Assembly: GCF_032191835.1 (NCBI RefSeq)
Contig: NC_083233.1
Location: forward strand, 48,236,001-48,300,000
Reading direction: 5' to 3'
Origin: Heteronotia binoei
Taxonomy: Eukaryota
DNA: 64,000 nt
The notes beneath the pieces were generated by a model. The model made no database searches. It saw only the letters and a list, made by a program, of their open reading frames with translations, and had not been told where the DNA came from. This document shows, in pieces, positions 35,217 to 50,068 of this stretch (position 1 is its first letter; every line of letters starts with the position of its first letter). Both the position numbers and the translations under genes were made by a program.

Positions 35217-36647
35217 TCCTTCATTGAGGTCTGGAGGAACACATATGGTGCTGACCCCCCCTCCAAGCCCCCCGGGCTGCTTTCCAAAGAATCTCTCTGG
35301 GCTGCTGCCCAGGACTGAGAAGAGGCAGCAGCTTGAAAGAGAGAGGTGACACAAAGGATGCTGGGCAGAGAAGCAACCACACACACACGGACCTGTCACA
35401 CAGATGAGACACAAGACACTCCCTCCCCCCCTCGCCACATGCTTTGGAAGAAGTGGATATATAATTGCCAGGGGCCCAAGAGCCCTGGGACAGGAGAGAG
35501 GAAGTGTATTAAGAAGGCACAATACTCAACATCTAAAGAGGACCCCCCTCCCAAGCTGAGACTTTTCAAGACAGCTTCTGTCATCCCACAAAAGAAGGGC
35601 TTCACATAAGCTGTGGCGGAGAGATGCCAATGACTTTGCTAAAGCAGTCTTTGTTCCAGATTAAGCCAGACTTCACCAAGCCAGGCTACTGCTTCTCTCT
35701 TTCACAAGAGAGGTTAGTGGGTCATCTGCAGATTGTCTGATGTGGCAGCTCAGGATTCAAGTGTGATGCTTTTGCCTCTGGTGACGGAATCAGTGACCAT
35801 CCTCCTTCATCCTTCTGCGGGAGTGTCGAATGAGAGTTAACAAGGAACACGGAAGAAGCACCAATAAATAAAAGACGGACCTAAGGTCTCACTAGGAAAA
35901 GCGTCCGACAGAGAGGAGTGGGTGGTGGGATATTTCCCCAGGGCCCTGGAAACTGCACTGTCACCCTCTGGCACAGGATGAAAAGCAGGGTTCCCCCAAC
36001 ATGGCAGGCTTGGGACGGGAACGCTACTCATCAAAGCTCCAAATACAAAACATATCAATGAGTTTAGCTATGAAAAATGAACACCTGGATCAGCCCAACC
36101 AGATGGACTGCTCTGAAATGAACTGGACACAAAGGGGGGGGGGGGAAGGAGAGAGAGAGACTGAGACTAGGAGGGGCAGGAGCCAAGAAAAGCCATGCCC
36201 CAGCTAGTGACAGAATATGGAAGCCCCCCATGTCTCCTGCCACCCCTTCTGTCCCACCCCCTCCCCTCCTGGGACCTTCCTTCCGCCGAGGAGCAGCTAC
36301 CCGACCTAGCAATACAAAACTATCCAGGGAGCTTCACATGCAAAAAGTCTCCCCCACCCCAACCCCACTGGGCAGTCTGCAAAGTCCGCTCTACTTTCCC
36401 ACGGAGGGAGAACATCTTAATATCACTAGTTACTTGAGAGCCTAGGAATGAGTGAGAGCTTGGAAGTGATTCCCTCCATCTCTCCCTCCCAGGCTCTGGG
36501 AACGCAGAGGAAGAACTGAGCAGAGCTGCAGTCAGGCAAGCAAAATTATCTTCTACTGAACCTTAAAACAAATTCAACACATTTTGGTTTGTTTTTTTTT
36601 CCAAAAAAAAAGAAAAAGAGCCACACAAGCAGCAGCAGCTTTGACTG

Positions 36648-36740
<93 letters not shown>

Positions 36741-36846
36741 CTATGGAGGGAGGAAAGGAAACAGAGAAAGGCCATCAGCTCCAGCCTGAAGGTTTTCCTC
36801 CTTTGCTAGGTCTTTTCTATCTGACCTCACCAGCACATTTTTTTTA

Positions 36847-37140
<294 letters not shown>

Positions 37141-37468
37141 TCAGTCACCCTTCTCACAAAAGGGGCTATCTGATATGAGACAACTGCTTCAATTTTCAGA
37201 AATCAAAATAGGTTTAGCAACTCTAAGGTCAGTCTCAAACATAATGTGGGAGAAATGTGTTCCAAATTCATCTTGGGTATCTTTTTAAAGTCAGAATGGA
37301 AACATAAATAAGATGCCGGGAGCAGGGATGGAGACAACCCCCAAAGTAGCCACTTTTATTTAGGACTCTGTCCCTTCCATGTAAACCCAGCATGACACCT
37401 CCAAAAGCAGACTAAGCCATAGCTGCTCCTTACATCAGCCTGTTAGACTGGACAGACAAAGGCACTCA

Positions 37469-37774
<306 letters not shown>

Positions 37775-38719
37775 CTATCATCCTGGAATTCAACAGAGCC
37801 CAGCATGAACGTTGGTCAAAGCGGGATTCTCATTCAGGCACCAGCAGACCAGCTTAGCTTCAGCAACAGTGCTGCATCATGCGGCCCTGAAAGTCTGTGT
37901 GCTTGGTGAGGGGCTGAGTATCAGAGATCACATGCTGTGCATGCAGCTGTTCCATGTGCACCACTGCACAATGAGCAGAACCAAGTTCAATGTGCAGCGC
38001 CATGTTAAAAGATATCTTGCCTGACTAGTGAGAGCCACTGCAGTCAGAGTACACAATGCCAGCCTCAATGAAACTAGCGGTATGTGTCAGAATGAAGCTG
38101 CTTTATATGTTCACATACAAAGCAACAAAAGGAAACATAATGCTGCCCCAACTGGCAACAGTCTGGAGGTAATCTGTGCACAAATTATAACACAACAGTT
38201 TGGGGAAGTTTCCCACCGCCTGTAGGTTTTTCTTTCCTAGAAACGGGTCATGCTCCAGAGTCTCAGCCCTGTGACATGAACCACTGCAGTTAATGCTAAA
38301 GCCCTTGGAGTAGGATGTGGCAACATGTTGGGCAGACACACCTCTCATTTGCTGAGGTCAGAAAGGTCAAGGCTTTTCCAGTTCCCATGGGAGACTTTGA
38401 CCTAATTGCCTGCCAGCTTCCTGAAGATTAGGAGAAACTTGCTAATAGTCAACAATGATTAGAAAGGTGGGTGGGCTGCCCCTCAGTGGAAATTTTCAAG
38501 CAAGAATGGGCAGCTCTTTGTCAGGGATGCTCTAAGCTTTGCATTTCCTGCACTGAACAGAGGGTGGACTACATGGCTTGTAAAAGCCTGATGACCACCT
38601 TAGATGGGCTCAACCCAGCTGTAGCATTTTATCTTGTGCTTAAACAGTGATTTGCAGAGTACATTGATAGCCATTGCATTTTCCAAGTGTGTGCAAACAA
38701 TGTTGTCCATATCTGTGGC

Positions 38720-39560
38720 AAGAATGATTATTTACAAGATCTGTATGCTGCTTTTCTGCCTAATTGGGGCCACCAAGGTGGCTAACAGTTAAAAGATAGA
38801 ATAAAAACATTTCAAAAAATTAAAGCCAGAACTAAATTATATATGGAGCACATAAACCAGTTAGTTAAGACATACAGTGGGAAGAAAGGATCACTGAAAG
38901 AACATCAGATGAAACAACAAAAGGCCTTCACTTGCTGGTCAGAGACACTGCCAGAAGGGAACAGATGACTATTCCTGGAGGAAGAGTTTCAGAGTTTGGG
39001 TAGCACAACCCAAAAGGTCCTTGGGAAGAGGGGGCACCTGAAGCATGGCCTGGGAAGATGATCTTAGTTGTTGAGCAAGTTTGTATGAAAGCTATATAGG
39101 ACTTTAAAGGTCAGCACTAGCACCTTGAATTGGGCCTGAAAACAATTTGGGAGCCAGTGTAGATGGACCAAGATTGGAGTTATATAGTCCCTACAACCCA
39201 CTTCAGTCAATAACTTGGGTACAGCATTACGTACCAACTGAAGTTTCTAAACAGTTTGCATGGATGGCCCCTTGTAGAGTGCGTTGCAGTAGTTTAATAT
39301 AAATGTTGCCATGACATATACTACAGTAGCCAAGAGTGTTCCCTCTAAACTGAGTTAGCGTGAGTTAGTCTCCAGCTCACACATTTTTGTCTTAGCTCAG
39401 GAAGGATGACCCCAGAGCACAATAATTTATGCAGCAGCTCACAACTTTAATGCCAGAACTCACGACTTTAATGCCAGTAACTCACAAAGTAGAATTTTTG
39501 CTTGTGGCTTAGAGGAAACATTGGTGGCCAGATCTTTTCTGCCCAGGGAAGGCCACAGAT
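38720..39560 (-). mobile_element. L2 LINE 3' fragment in PRPS1 intron 4, interrupted by a MITE
   Basis: The minus frame near 39100-39135 gives QFKVLVLTFKVLY, typical of the L2 RT C-terminus. L2-like tail near 38720-38770. Confidence 0.7.
39334..39523. mobile_element. hAT MITE nested in the L2 fragment
   Basis: GAGTGTTCCCTCTAA...CTTAGAGGAAACATTG. TSD GTAGCCAA/GTGGCCAG (6/8). Confidence 0.8.
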
Positions 39561-39837
39561 GCCACCTGCTTATTCAGGAACTCCCCCAAGCTAGGGGCCT
39601 GTTCCTTTAGGGGAAGTGCAGCCCCATCCAGAAGGGAACAATATCAGAGAAGACATGAGCAGTTCTGTATGGAAGCCAAAGACAAAAAGATAGGAATATT
39701 CTGTAGTGAGAAAATGTAGAGAAGATAGTGATTAGGAGAAGCATAAGGCAATAACTAGACCAGCAAGCATGCCTGCTGTTTGTTGGGCCCTAGGAGTCAC
39801 TGCTGTTCCAGATGCTCACTCCCAATCCATCTGATCA

Positions 39838-40035
<198 letters not shown>

Positions 40036-40598
40036 CTAGTTACTTTAATGGGAGGAAATAAGAAGCATGCTGTAAGATAGCAGCAGCAGGTTCCAAAGAA
40101 AGGTACTCCAGACTGTCATGGCTGAAACTTTCATTTGGGACTGGCACAGCAATGACTTACCTCATAAGCTGCTATTCAGCCTCCTTAGCCCAAGCTTGCA
40201 AGATTAAGAGGGCATTCAAATTACAAGCCATTGACTTCATTTCTGTGCTTTGGGAAGCGAAGCATCAGTCCAAAAGGGAGAAGCCAAACTTTTTTTTTTT
40301 GCAAAGGGTCCAGAGTATCAAGGCATCTACCACACCTGGCCTTCTAAAACTTGGTTCACATATGCAGGAGAATGCAGGAGCAGAGGTGGTAGAATGGACC
40401 AAATCACTGCAAAGTGCTAGTCAAGGATCACAATTTGGAATGCTCCTATATGTGAGGTTCCCTGCAAAGAGAAATTAAGCACAGCAGGGAATGTGAAAGA
40501 TAGAAGTCCTTACTCTCTTTTTAGTTATAGTATTCTGTTTGCACGGAGTTTTCTGGAAATGCTGAAACTCTCTGCCCACACTTTGAAATGGTGTAGAC

Positions 40599-40734
40599 CG
40601 GGGGTGGCCAACAGAAGCTCTCCAGATGTTTTTTGCCTACAACTCCCATCAGCCCCAGCCAGCATGGCCAATGGCTGGGGCTAATGGGAGTTGTAGGCAA
40701 AAAAAACATTTGGAGCTATCGTTGGCCACCCCTG
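40599..40734. mobile_element. Short palindromic hAT/Charlie MITE in PRPS1 intron 3
   Basis: Nearly the whole element is an inverted repeat. Perfect 8-bp TSD GTGTAGAC at 40591-40598 and 40735-40742. Confidence 0.92.
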
Positions 40735-40923
40735 GTGTAGACCATTCTACTACCTCATTCTCAAGCAGCCTATTGCATGTGTACACCACATCTAAACCAA
40801 ACAGGCAGAGAAACAGGTTACTCTTTAGCTACATTGTGCCAAAGGCCCAGTCACTTGCTCTGAAGCTGCCCTTAACAGCCTGATGAACAGCATCTGCCAC
40901 AGAGATGAGGGAAGTAGGAATCA

Positions 40924-41058
<135 letters not shown>

Positions 41059-41881
41059 CTAAAGGAAAAAGCAGGCATGTGAATCTGAAGCAGGCTTCTT
41101 TTGGACTACCATGCACAACAACCCTGACTGTAGAAAGGAGCAATCCCTCATGAGGAGACCAGAAAAGAGAACTTCCTGAGAAGTTTCAGTCCCAACAACA
41201 ACTAGCCTGGCATCCAGGGAAGTAATAATATGAACTTTTTGAAAGTTTCTTGGTACACAAAACACATAGGATATCCATAAAAACAGAAAACTAGAGCACC
41301 ATAAAGGATTTTCTTTAAAAGCAGATTTTTTGAAGGGGGGAGTGAAAACTTCTACTTCATCAGCCTGCACCCTCCTTTGCAAGAGACACTGCCAAGGCCT
41401 CATCTTTCTTTCCTAAGGGTCCAAATTCCTTCTTCCAGTCATGCCTGCCAAGTTTCACAAAGAAGACCTAGCTTACTCTTACCGAGGCATTTTGCGTGTC
41501 AAATTGCTGGGGGCCTCAGACATACAACACAATGGCAGCACTCGCTCCATCACCAGTCTTCAGCCTCTTGGTCCCAATACATCCCTGACCAATCTTGCCT
41601 CTGCCCTAGCCAAGATAAAACCTAACCACCAGGTCTGTTTCCCAACCTTCACCCTCCACCTTGCTTAGGATCATTTTATGCTGTCTAAAGGGAGATCCGT
41701 AAAATCCCCACAAACAGAACTACAACAGATCATGTGGCTTGCCTCTGGCCCTTGCACAGAGAGAGCTCTAATGGGAGGCCTAACCCTGAGCATTTTAAGC
41801 AGCTCACAGCAAGGAAGCCCTTCTCTCTGAGAGCCGCTGCCAGTCAAAGGTGATGGTGCTGATCCTGGGAGACGCATTCTA

Positions 41882-42175
<294 letters not shown>

Positions 42176-42311
42176 TTAGGCTTCGCGCCCCCGGACCTGC
42201 ACCGGGCAGCCCCTCCCCCCTCCCCGGACTACGATTCCCGTCAGCGCCCGCGCGCCGTGGAGTCGGCCGGGAGCCGTAGTTTCTCTCCCGCGGCCTCCCC
42301 GCCCCCGCTCA

Positions 42312-42910
<599 letters not shown>

Positions 42911-45042
42911 AGATACGAACAGGTAGAAGTTCAACGGGAGAAGTAGCGACGTGGACCCCTCGGCTGTCTGCGGAGGCCGAAAGGAGACACGTTTCTTGCG
43001 TATGCCCTGGGCCCAGGGGTGCGGGCAGGTCCGCACAGGCAGAAAGCTAGTTTGCCAGGGAGAGCAGACCGATGCCTTTCCAGCAAAGGGCATTCAGAGG
43101 TATACAGTCTCTAAACATGGAGATCCCATTAATTCTCCATCATGACGAGTAACCGCGGATTCTACACGCACCTTTCCTCCATGAAGTTACAGAGTCCCCC
43201 AAAGTCATTTAAGCCAATCACCACCACATACTGTGGCAGTGAGTTCCTGTGCGTTAAAAGTTCTGTGAAGAACTTCCGTCAGTCGTACATCTGTCCATCA
43301 ATTTCAGTGTGTAACCATCAATTCTAGTTCTATAGGGGAGAAATATGTTGATCCGCTTTCTCCTTCTGCATAGTTTTATAGGTCTTGATAATCCCCTCCC
43401 CGCCCCCCCCAATTTTTTTTTCTCTAAAAGCCCTCGGATTCCTTAGTGTTTTTGTGGGGAGGTTTTTAAAGCTCTTGATCATTTTGATTGCCTTTTTTGC
43501 ATCTTTTCCAGGGTCATTCACTGCCAGTGCAGATCCTGTTAGTGTTGACCCTCACCCTGCCTTCCTTCCCCCCCTGCCCAGTTCTTTGGAATATGTGGGG
43601 AACTTGGTGTCAGTTTTTCTTGCACCTTTCTTTAAGAGGTTCCATGGATAAGTAGAATATGTTTGAAATACCTTTTTTCTGTTTTCTCCCTTGATGTAAA
43701 TGTAATTACAAGTATTATGGTATGGATTTCTTCTTTTTGCATTCTCTATTCGATGTTTCATATTTATTAAAAATAAATTGATGAAAAGGTTCAGTCCAGC
43801 AAACCTCAGTTTCTTGATGGGGCTGACAGTTCACACTTGTACACTTTAAAGAACTCATTGTTTAATGTACATTTACTTGGGAGTAAGTTCCAGTGAACTC
43901 TACAAGTTTGCTTCTTCCCAACTTTTTCAAAAGAAGGTATTTTTGTCTCTTTATTGCTGTTGTGAAAGTTATTTTTAAAGCTTGCTGAAACTCGGATCCT
44001 GCTATGGAATTCTGCATCATTTAAATGCGTTGTGTTACTACTTAAGCTTTGTTTCACTTCTAGTTGTTCTGCCCTCCCTCTTCTGCACATCCATCCTCTC
44101 TGAATGTATGTTCTGCATGTGTAATGTCATGATGAGCAAGTCTTCTTTCAATTGATTTCTTTGCAGAATAGGACAGGTAATCTCTGCTCTCCATCTTGAT
44201 CTATCCCTCTCATATTTTCCAGAATTGCACTGCACAGAGAGCTGGCACTTTGCTCCTCTCTGCTCTTTACCATCACATCTGGAAAACTGGACACTTATGT
44301 CCCAAATGCTTTCACTTTATTCCCCGTTTTCCCACATATACACCTTTAGCTCAAAGAATATCTGATGTAGAATAGCTCTGCTGAATATTAAGTCAAGTCT
44401 CTGTCATCCTTTTCCTACTGAAAACTTGCTACTCAAAGATATGTTCTTTAGGTAAAGACACATCTTTAGATAAAAGATCCTGGTTTTCCACACCCTGTAC
44501 AAACACACTATTTTCCCATGTTAATCTGAATATATGTTCACGTGCTTGTGGGGGCATGGTAACATTGCATTCTAAATTTAGCATTTGTTGAACACTACTC
44601 TGCTTACAAAATAACAGGTTCCATTGAATCCAGCCAGGCATCATCCAGAACTCTCCTTGTTGGCCTTAAGATGGCACTGGAAGGAGTTCCTAATTTGCTT
44701 CCCTTTTCTAACAAAAACAGAACAAATCCTATCGCATGCAAGCATTTTCTGACTGTTGACTCCCACAACCTTCCTGAAGTCACTCGAGCTGCCAGTTTGT
44801 GCAACAAGCTGCTTGGATTGCTAAGGGCAAGACTCTTCCATGGTATTAGCTGGTGTCAGTCAATCCCAGTGGTCAGAAAACTCTGTGTACATGAAGGTTT
44901 GCCTTGACCAATGTGGCTTCCAGAAATATCCAGTCAGATGCTCTGGGAACTCCCAAGCAACATTAAAGTAATAGCTATCCCTTGTTTGTTTCCAGTACCT
45001 GGTACTCAAATGTACACTACATGCATGGAAGCACTCCATATT

Positions 45043-45053
45043 TTTATTTTATT
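45043..45053 (-). terminator. FRMPD3: Candidate FRMPD3 polyadenylation signals (overlapping AATAAA pair)
   Basis: Ends an AU-rich, UTR-like block. Alternative hexamers lie at about 45690 and 43765. Confidence 0.5.
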
Positions 45054-47228
45054 TTAAAAAGGAGGGAGGATTAGGCATTAATGGAGAACAAGCTTGTCAA
45101 TAGATATTACCCCCAACATTGAATGCCTTCATGTATGGAAGCTGTCTACTTTCTGAGTTTCAAAACTTTTGTCGTCTAAGCTACTGTACTAGTAGGGAAT
45201 TTTGTAAATTACATATGTAAAAGAAGTGTTTATTTTTTCTGAATTATTTTGTAATGTAAAGTGGGGAATTTCTGCCCCCCCGCCATACCATTTTCAATTT
45301 TATAAACCTGTACCATGTCTCCTATAGTAATTTCTTCTATTTCTTAAACAGCCCGAATGCTATAGGTTTGCTGTGTATAGAAGATGCTTCAATGCTTTTT
45401 CTGAGTTACATCTAGTTTTAGGACTTCCTTTGCAAGACATCAGAACACCATATTATTTCTGTCACTCCATCAAAAAGCACTTCCAAACTTCCCAAAGGGT
45501 TCTGTTTCTCGGCTTCCCTCTTCTCCAGTCCCCTTATTTTGGGAGAAATTTTATATAGCCCAAAGAGCAACTTGACAAACAAGAAGTTTGATATTAAGAT
45601 TAGTATATTTACTCTTTCTTATTTGTAAAACAAGACATAAATTTGTATATATATATATATAACTTTCATATATCTATACATATATAGCCTTTATTTATGT
45701 ATACTATATACAGACATTTTAAAAAAGTTTCCTCTGTATTCAGTGGAGAGTTTTATGAGAGGCAGGCACAACCAAGGGAAGCCGCTGGTTGCTTGGTCAA
45801 TGGTGGATGGGGAAGGGATCCCGCTGGCCCCCACTGGGTGTCCTGCAGAAGGATCTTTCCATGGGGCAACAGATGAGGCCAGGGATCGCTGTGAGCCAGA
45901 GAACACATTGCACTACATAGAGGATATGTGTTAAAAAAAGCACAGTCTACATTTTGGGGAAATAATGAACTATTGCCAAAGCACCTTGTATTAAAACAAT
46001 AACAAAAAAGAGATGAGGTGATTTATTGTCACTGGAGCCTTAACTGGGATTTTCACTCCACAAAATGCAAAGCTGCACTCCCTGAGCCTTTTGCCCTTCC
46101 GCCTCAGTGGGAAGATTCTCTTTACCTTCATGTGGGCCTCTTGGAAAGAAACTCAAGAGAGCTCTTCAGGATGGGCACTTTGTCCCAAGTGTCATGGTGG
46201 AATAGAATCTGGGGAAAAGAGGGTGGGCACACAACATGAGGAATCTCCCCTCTGTTTGGGAAGAACAGGAACGGCCTCAGAGCCCAATGAAAGTGCTTGA
46301 ATTGGGTATATCTGGAGGTTGGGCATCAGTGGAATAACAGACCCACTGGGCATTATTTCACCATACATTCTAATAAACATCCCAGTACTGGGAGGGACAG
46401 AGAAGTGTTTGTAGGAACCCTTCCAATAAAGGGTGGCAGCACAATGGGGGGGTCTCAAAGGAAACTCCCACCTCCAAAGACCTATGGAACTGTGGCCTGA
46501 CCTGCCAACTTGAGACCAAGCTACCACTGCTCCCTGCCTATGAACAGTCAGATGTCAGTGTACAGAGAATGAGGTCTGGCACTGCATGGCAGTCGCGTCC
46601 TCTGGGAGGGGGAGTGTGGGAGGTTGACTCCTAGCTGATGGCCCTGGGGTTGGCCTGCTAGAAACTCTGAGGCACAGGTGGGGCTTTTCAGCTCCTTGCC
46701 GCATCAGCGCAGCAAAAGAAACACCCCCCCCCAATACCTTGCTAGATTCTTAATGCACTCCTTGGAAGGGCCAATACCTTCCTACTGCTACTCCCCAGCT
46801 ATGCCTGCAGGGATTGGTCTGCTGATGGCAGCATTTACTGCTAGTTGAATGCTGCATCTGTAGACTTTGGAGGCACTTGGCAGAGGCCAAGGCTCCTTTC
46901 TGGTCCCCATGGGACAAAAGCAAGTGGCCTTGGCACACTTTTGTACATTCAGAAAGGCCCAGCAGAGCTCTGTAAAGCAAAAGGTATCTGCTGCCTTCAA
47001 AGAAACAAAACAGGGCTTCTGCGGGCAGTGGACTTGCTCCACACAGGGCAGGCAGCATGGAAAGCATGCAGTGCAGCTGCTGGAGGCCACTGGCAAGAGT
47101 TAGTAAGACGTCTGCTTTCTTGTTTGGACTTGACTGTCCACCCACAGCCCCCGTGGAAGGTCGGGCACTAGCTCTTGGCATGCTGACGAGAGGAGAGGTA
47201 CGGACTCACTGCTCCGGTGCATGCCGAC

Positions 47229-50068
47229 TTACTTATTCATTAGGTTCTTCAAAGAGCGTGTGAAAGTGCTCATGACCGTGGCCACCGGCTGCCGAGTCAG
47301 CTGATCAGCAGCCTGGTCCCAGTGACCAACCGTTCGGGCTGTCGACTCCTCAGCTGCTCTGAGCAGGAAAGTATAGTTCCGCACCACCTCCTCGACTTTG
47401 GTCAGCAGTGCCTGCCTCTGAGACTCGGAGCGTACCACGTACACGAGGCGCACAAAGGTCTCAATCAAGCTGCCTAGAACTTGGAAGCTGCTTGTGATGG
47501 CCGAGAGCATGCGGGTCGGGCTCTTGTCGACTGCGGCCACTCTGCGGCAAGAAGCCCTGAACTCCTTGAACTTCAATGCCAGCTCCTGCTTGTACTCAAT
47601 CAGCTGTGAGAGGTAAGGCTTGCCTTCCCGAACTTCGGGGTTCACAACACACTGCCTCAGGATGGTCAGGAGCTCACTAGTGTCCAGCTGCACAGCCATG
47701 AACCCATCAGGCAAGGCATAGGTGCGGCCTCGCAGGGCATGGATCTTAGCCAGGCTTCCCTCAAAGGTGGAGGTTCGCAGGTCTATCTCTTGGGTCTGGT
47801 TGTCATCAGGACTGCTGCAGGCGCTAGCATCCAAAACCTGAAGGGTCCTGCTTACAACTGGAACGGCCTGATTGTCAAGTTTCATGCCAGGAAGGATCTG
47901 CATGGGGATGGAGTAGGACAACTCGTCCTTCTCGCTCCCATCGTCTGCCATATCACACTTCCTGTAGTAGAAACAGTACCGAATGGAGCAGCACTTCTCC
48001 CCCTCCATGTCTTCCTCTGGCAGCTCAGCATGGCTTGGATACACATCCTCCTGGAGAGAGAAGACGGTGTGGTCCTTCTGGCTTTTCTTTTCCTGCGCAA
48101 TTTGGACATAGGAGGGCTCTGCCCCCACTGCCAGGGTCTCCTGGGCTTTGTTCTTCAAGGCTGGTGCCTGGACCACAGCTTGGCTTTCCTCTTGTGAGCA
48201 TTTTTGCTGGGTTGGATAAATGCTCTGGTAGACATCGGATGTCAGAGATGCATCGTCTGTCTTGTCAATTTCACTAACGCTGTAGCGGCGCATTAGCTTC
48301 CTGTACTGTGGGGCTCCCATGCACTCTCCACGAGAAGCACATGTGGTCAAGCATGACAAGCTGTTCTCGGGGTCAGACCGGCGGTCTCTAGACTCCAGGC
48401 TCGTGGACCGCAGCCGGCTGCCTTTCAAAGGGCTTTTGATGCTGGTGCCTTTTACCACCTCGGCCTGCTTCTGGGCTTTCTCCCTGCCTTGCCGTTCCTG
48501 TTCTGGTGCAATTACCTGAGGCCTTGCCCCTCTGCTAATACGCTTACAGTCACAGCTTCTCCTCTGTTCCCTGGACATCCCAGGGACCTTCTGCACAGGG
48601 CTGGTCTTTAGTTGGCAACCACAGCGCCCGGATGCTGAAGGGAGCAGATACTCCAGCGGTGGGGGGTCACCTTTAGTCTTTGGCTTGAGTAGCTCTTCCA
48701 AGAACTCCAACTCATACTGCTTCACCTTCTGCAGCTGGGCCTGCCTCTCATCTGTCTCTTTTTTGAGCCTTGTGGGGAAAGTAGCAGAAAAGAGTTTCCT
48801 CAACCGGAATGGGGCCTTGGGCACTTTGGGCTTGGCTGGGACGTCAACATCCTGTGGGGTCACCTCCAGGACCTTCTCAGGCTTTTTGGAAGGCACAGAG
48901 CTTATTGTCAGACCCTCAGTCCTGGTTACCAGCTGGATCTGCCCTGTGGGATCCTCACTGGAGCTCCTGAAAATGCCACTGGCAGCAGCAGGGGACTTCA
49001 GGCTGCTTGCCTCTGCTTTGAGGCTTTTAGCACAGGGTTCCTGCTGTCCCCTCTCCCCTTGGCTTGCAGGAGCAGTCTGTTTCTGTGGGGCCGGGCTAGC
49101 AGACTGTCCCCCAGCCTTTGACAGGGGCTCATCACCCCCTAGCTTTTCTGCAGATTCTTGGCTGATTTGGTGCTGGCTGCTCTTGGAAGGCTGTCTCTCC
49201 CCAGGGGCTGGAGAGCGATGGAGAACATTCACTTTGCTGCCTTGGGATCCTCTGAGTCTTGGAGAGGCTTCCTCTTGCTGCTTCTGGGGGCATTTATAAG
49301 AAGGATCAAGCTGACTTGCCTGATGTTGTAAATGCTTGCTGCTGCCCTGCCATCTGCAGTCCTGGCTTCCATTGGGAGTCTTGTGTTCACTTGGAAGATC
49401 TAGTGAGGTGGTGGCTGCTACTGCTGTTGCTGCTTGGGAAGGCAAGGATTTGTGGGTCACTACTTGCTGCAGAGCAGCTGAAAAGATGGCAGGAGAAACT
49501 CTGCTTCTGGCATCCAGGATCAACTTGGGGCTCAGCCGGACCTCCTTGGGCATCTTGTCTTGCAGCACCTGCACCTTCTCACCACTTAGGGCAGCAGCAT
49601 GCAAAGATACCTCTAAGGCCACTTTGGAAGGACTGGCTCCCTCACACTCCACATTTGGCATTGATGTACCTTTACTCTTTGGCTCGCTGAGCTGCTGGGA
49701 GAGCACAGGCTGAACAGCCAAGGCGTAGCTTCTCCCAAGCTGGGGAGGATCCTGCTTGTTTCTACTGCAAGGAGGCTTGGAGTTTTGGTTTGAGATTGCT
49801 GGCTTTGGGGAAGAGCTCGGTTCCTGGTGGCGGAGGGGGTAAGGTGAGGCAAGGACAGCTTGTGCGGCGCAGCCCTGAATGCGGAAAGGAAGGTCCTTCC
49901 TAGTCAGAAGGTTCTCTTTATTGATATGCTGAGCCAGGAAGTAGGCAGCATTCTGGCGCTGCTTCATGGCCGAGACCATCTCTGAGACATCGGTGATCTC
50001 CGAAGAATTGGTTTCGTGGCCGGAGTCCAGCGATGACTCTGGGGTGATGGCAGCCAGAACAATCAGGC
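47229..50068 (-). CDS. FRMPD3: FRMPD3 terminal coding exon (about 946 aa)
   Basis: Acceptor tgtttctccAG at 50069-50070, phase 1. GLIVLAAITPESSLDSGHETNSSE..YFLAQH..RKDLPFRIQ, KCCSIRYCFYYRKCDMADD and a C-terminal helical region. Confidence 0.94.

Noticed and set aside
43330-43790. Possible L1/Tx1 3' end (a similar block lies at about 13850-14060)
   Set aside because: Only an AT-rich appearance with no convincing ORF2 motif. It could be distal FRMPD3 3'UTR.
44150-44182. Plus-strand 10-nt microexon-like pattern (tttgcAG AATAGGACAG GTAAT)
   Set aside because: No host gene on that strand, and the length is not frame-preserving. Such patterns are expected by chance.
48685-49299. 204-aa plus ORF and other ORFs overlapping the FRMPD3 last exon
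   Set aside because: Antisense shadow frames of a real coding exon.
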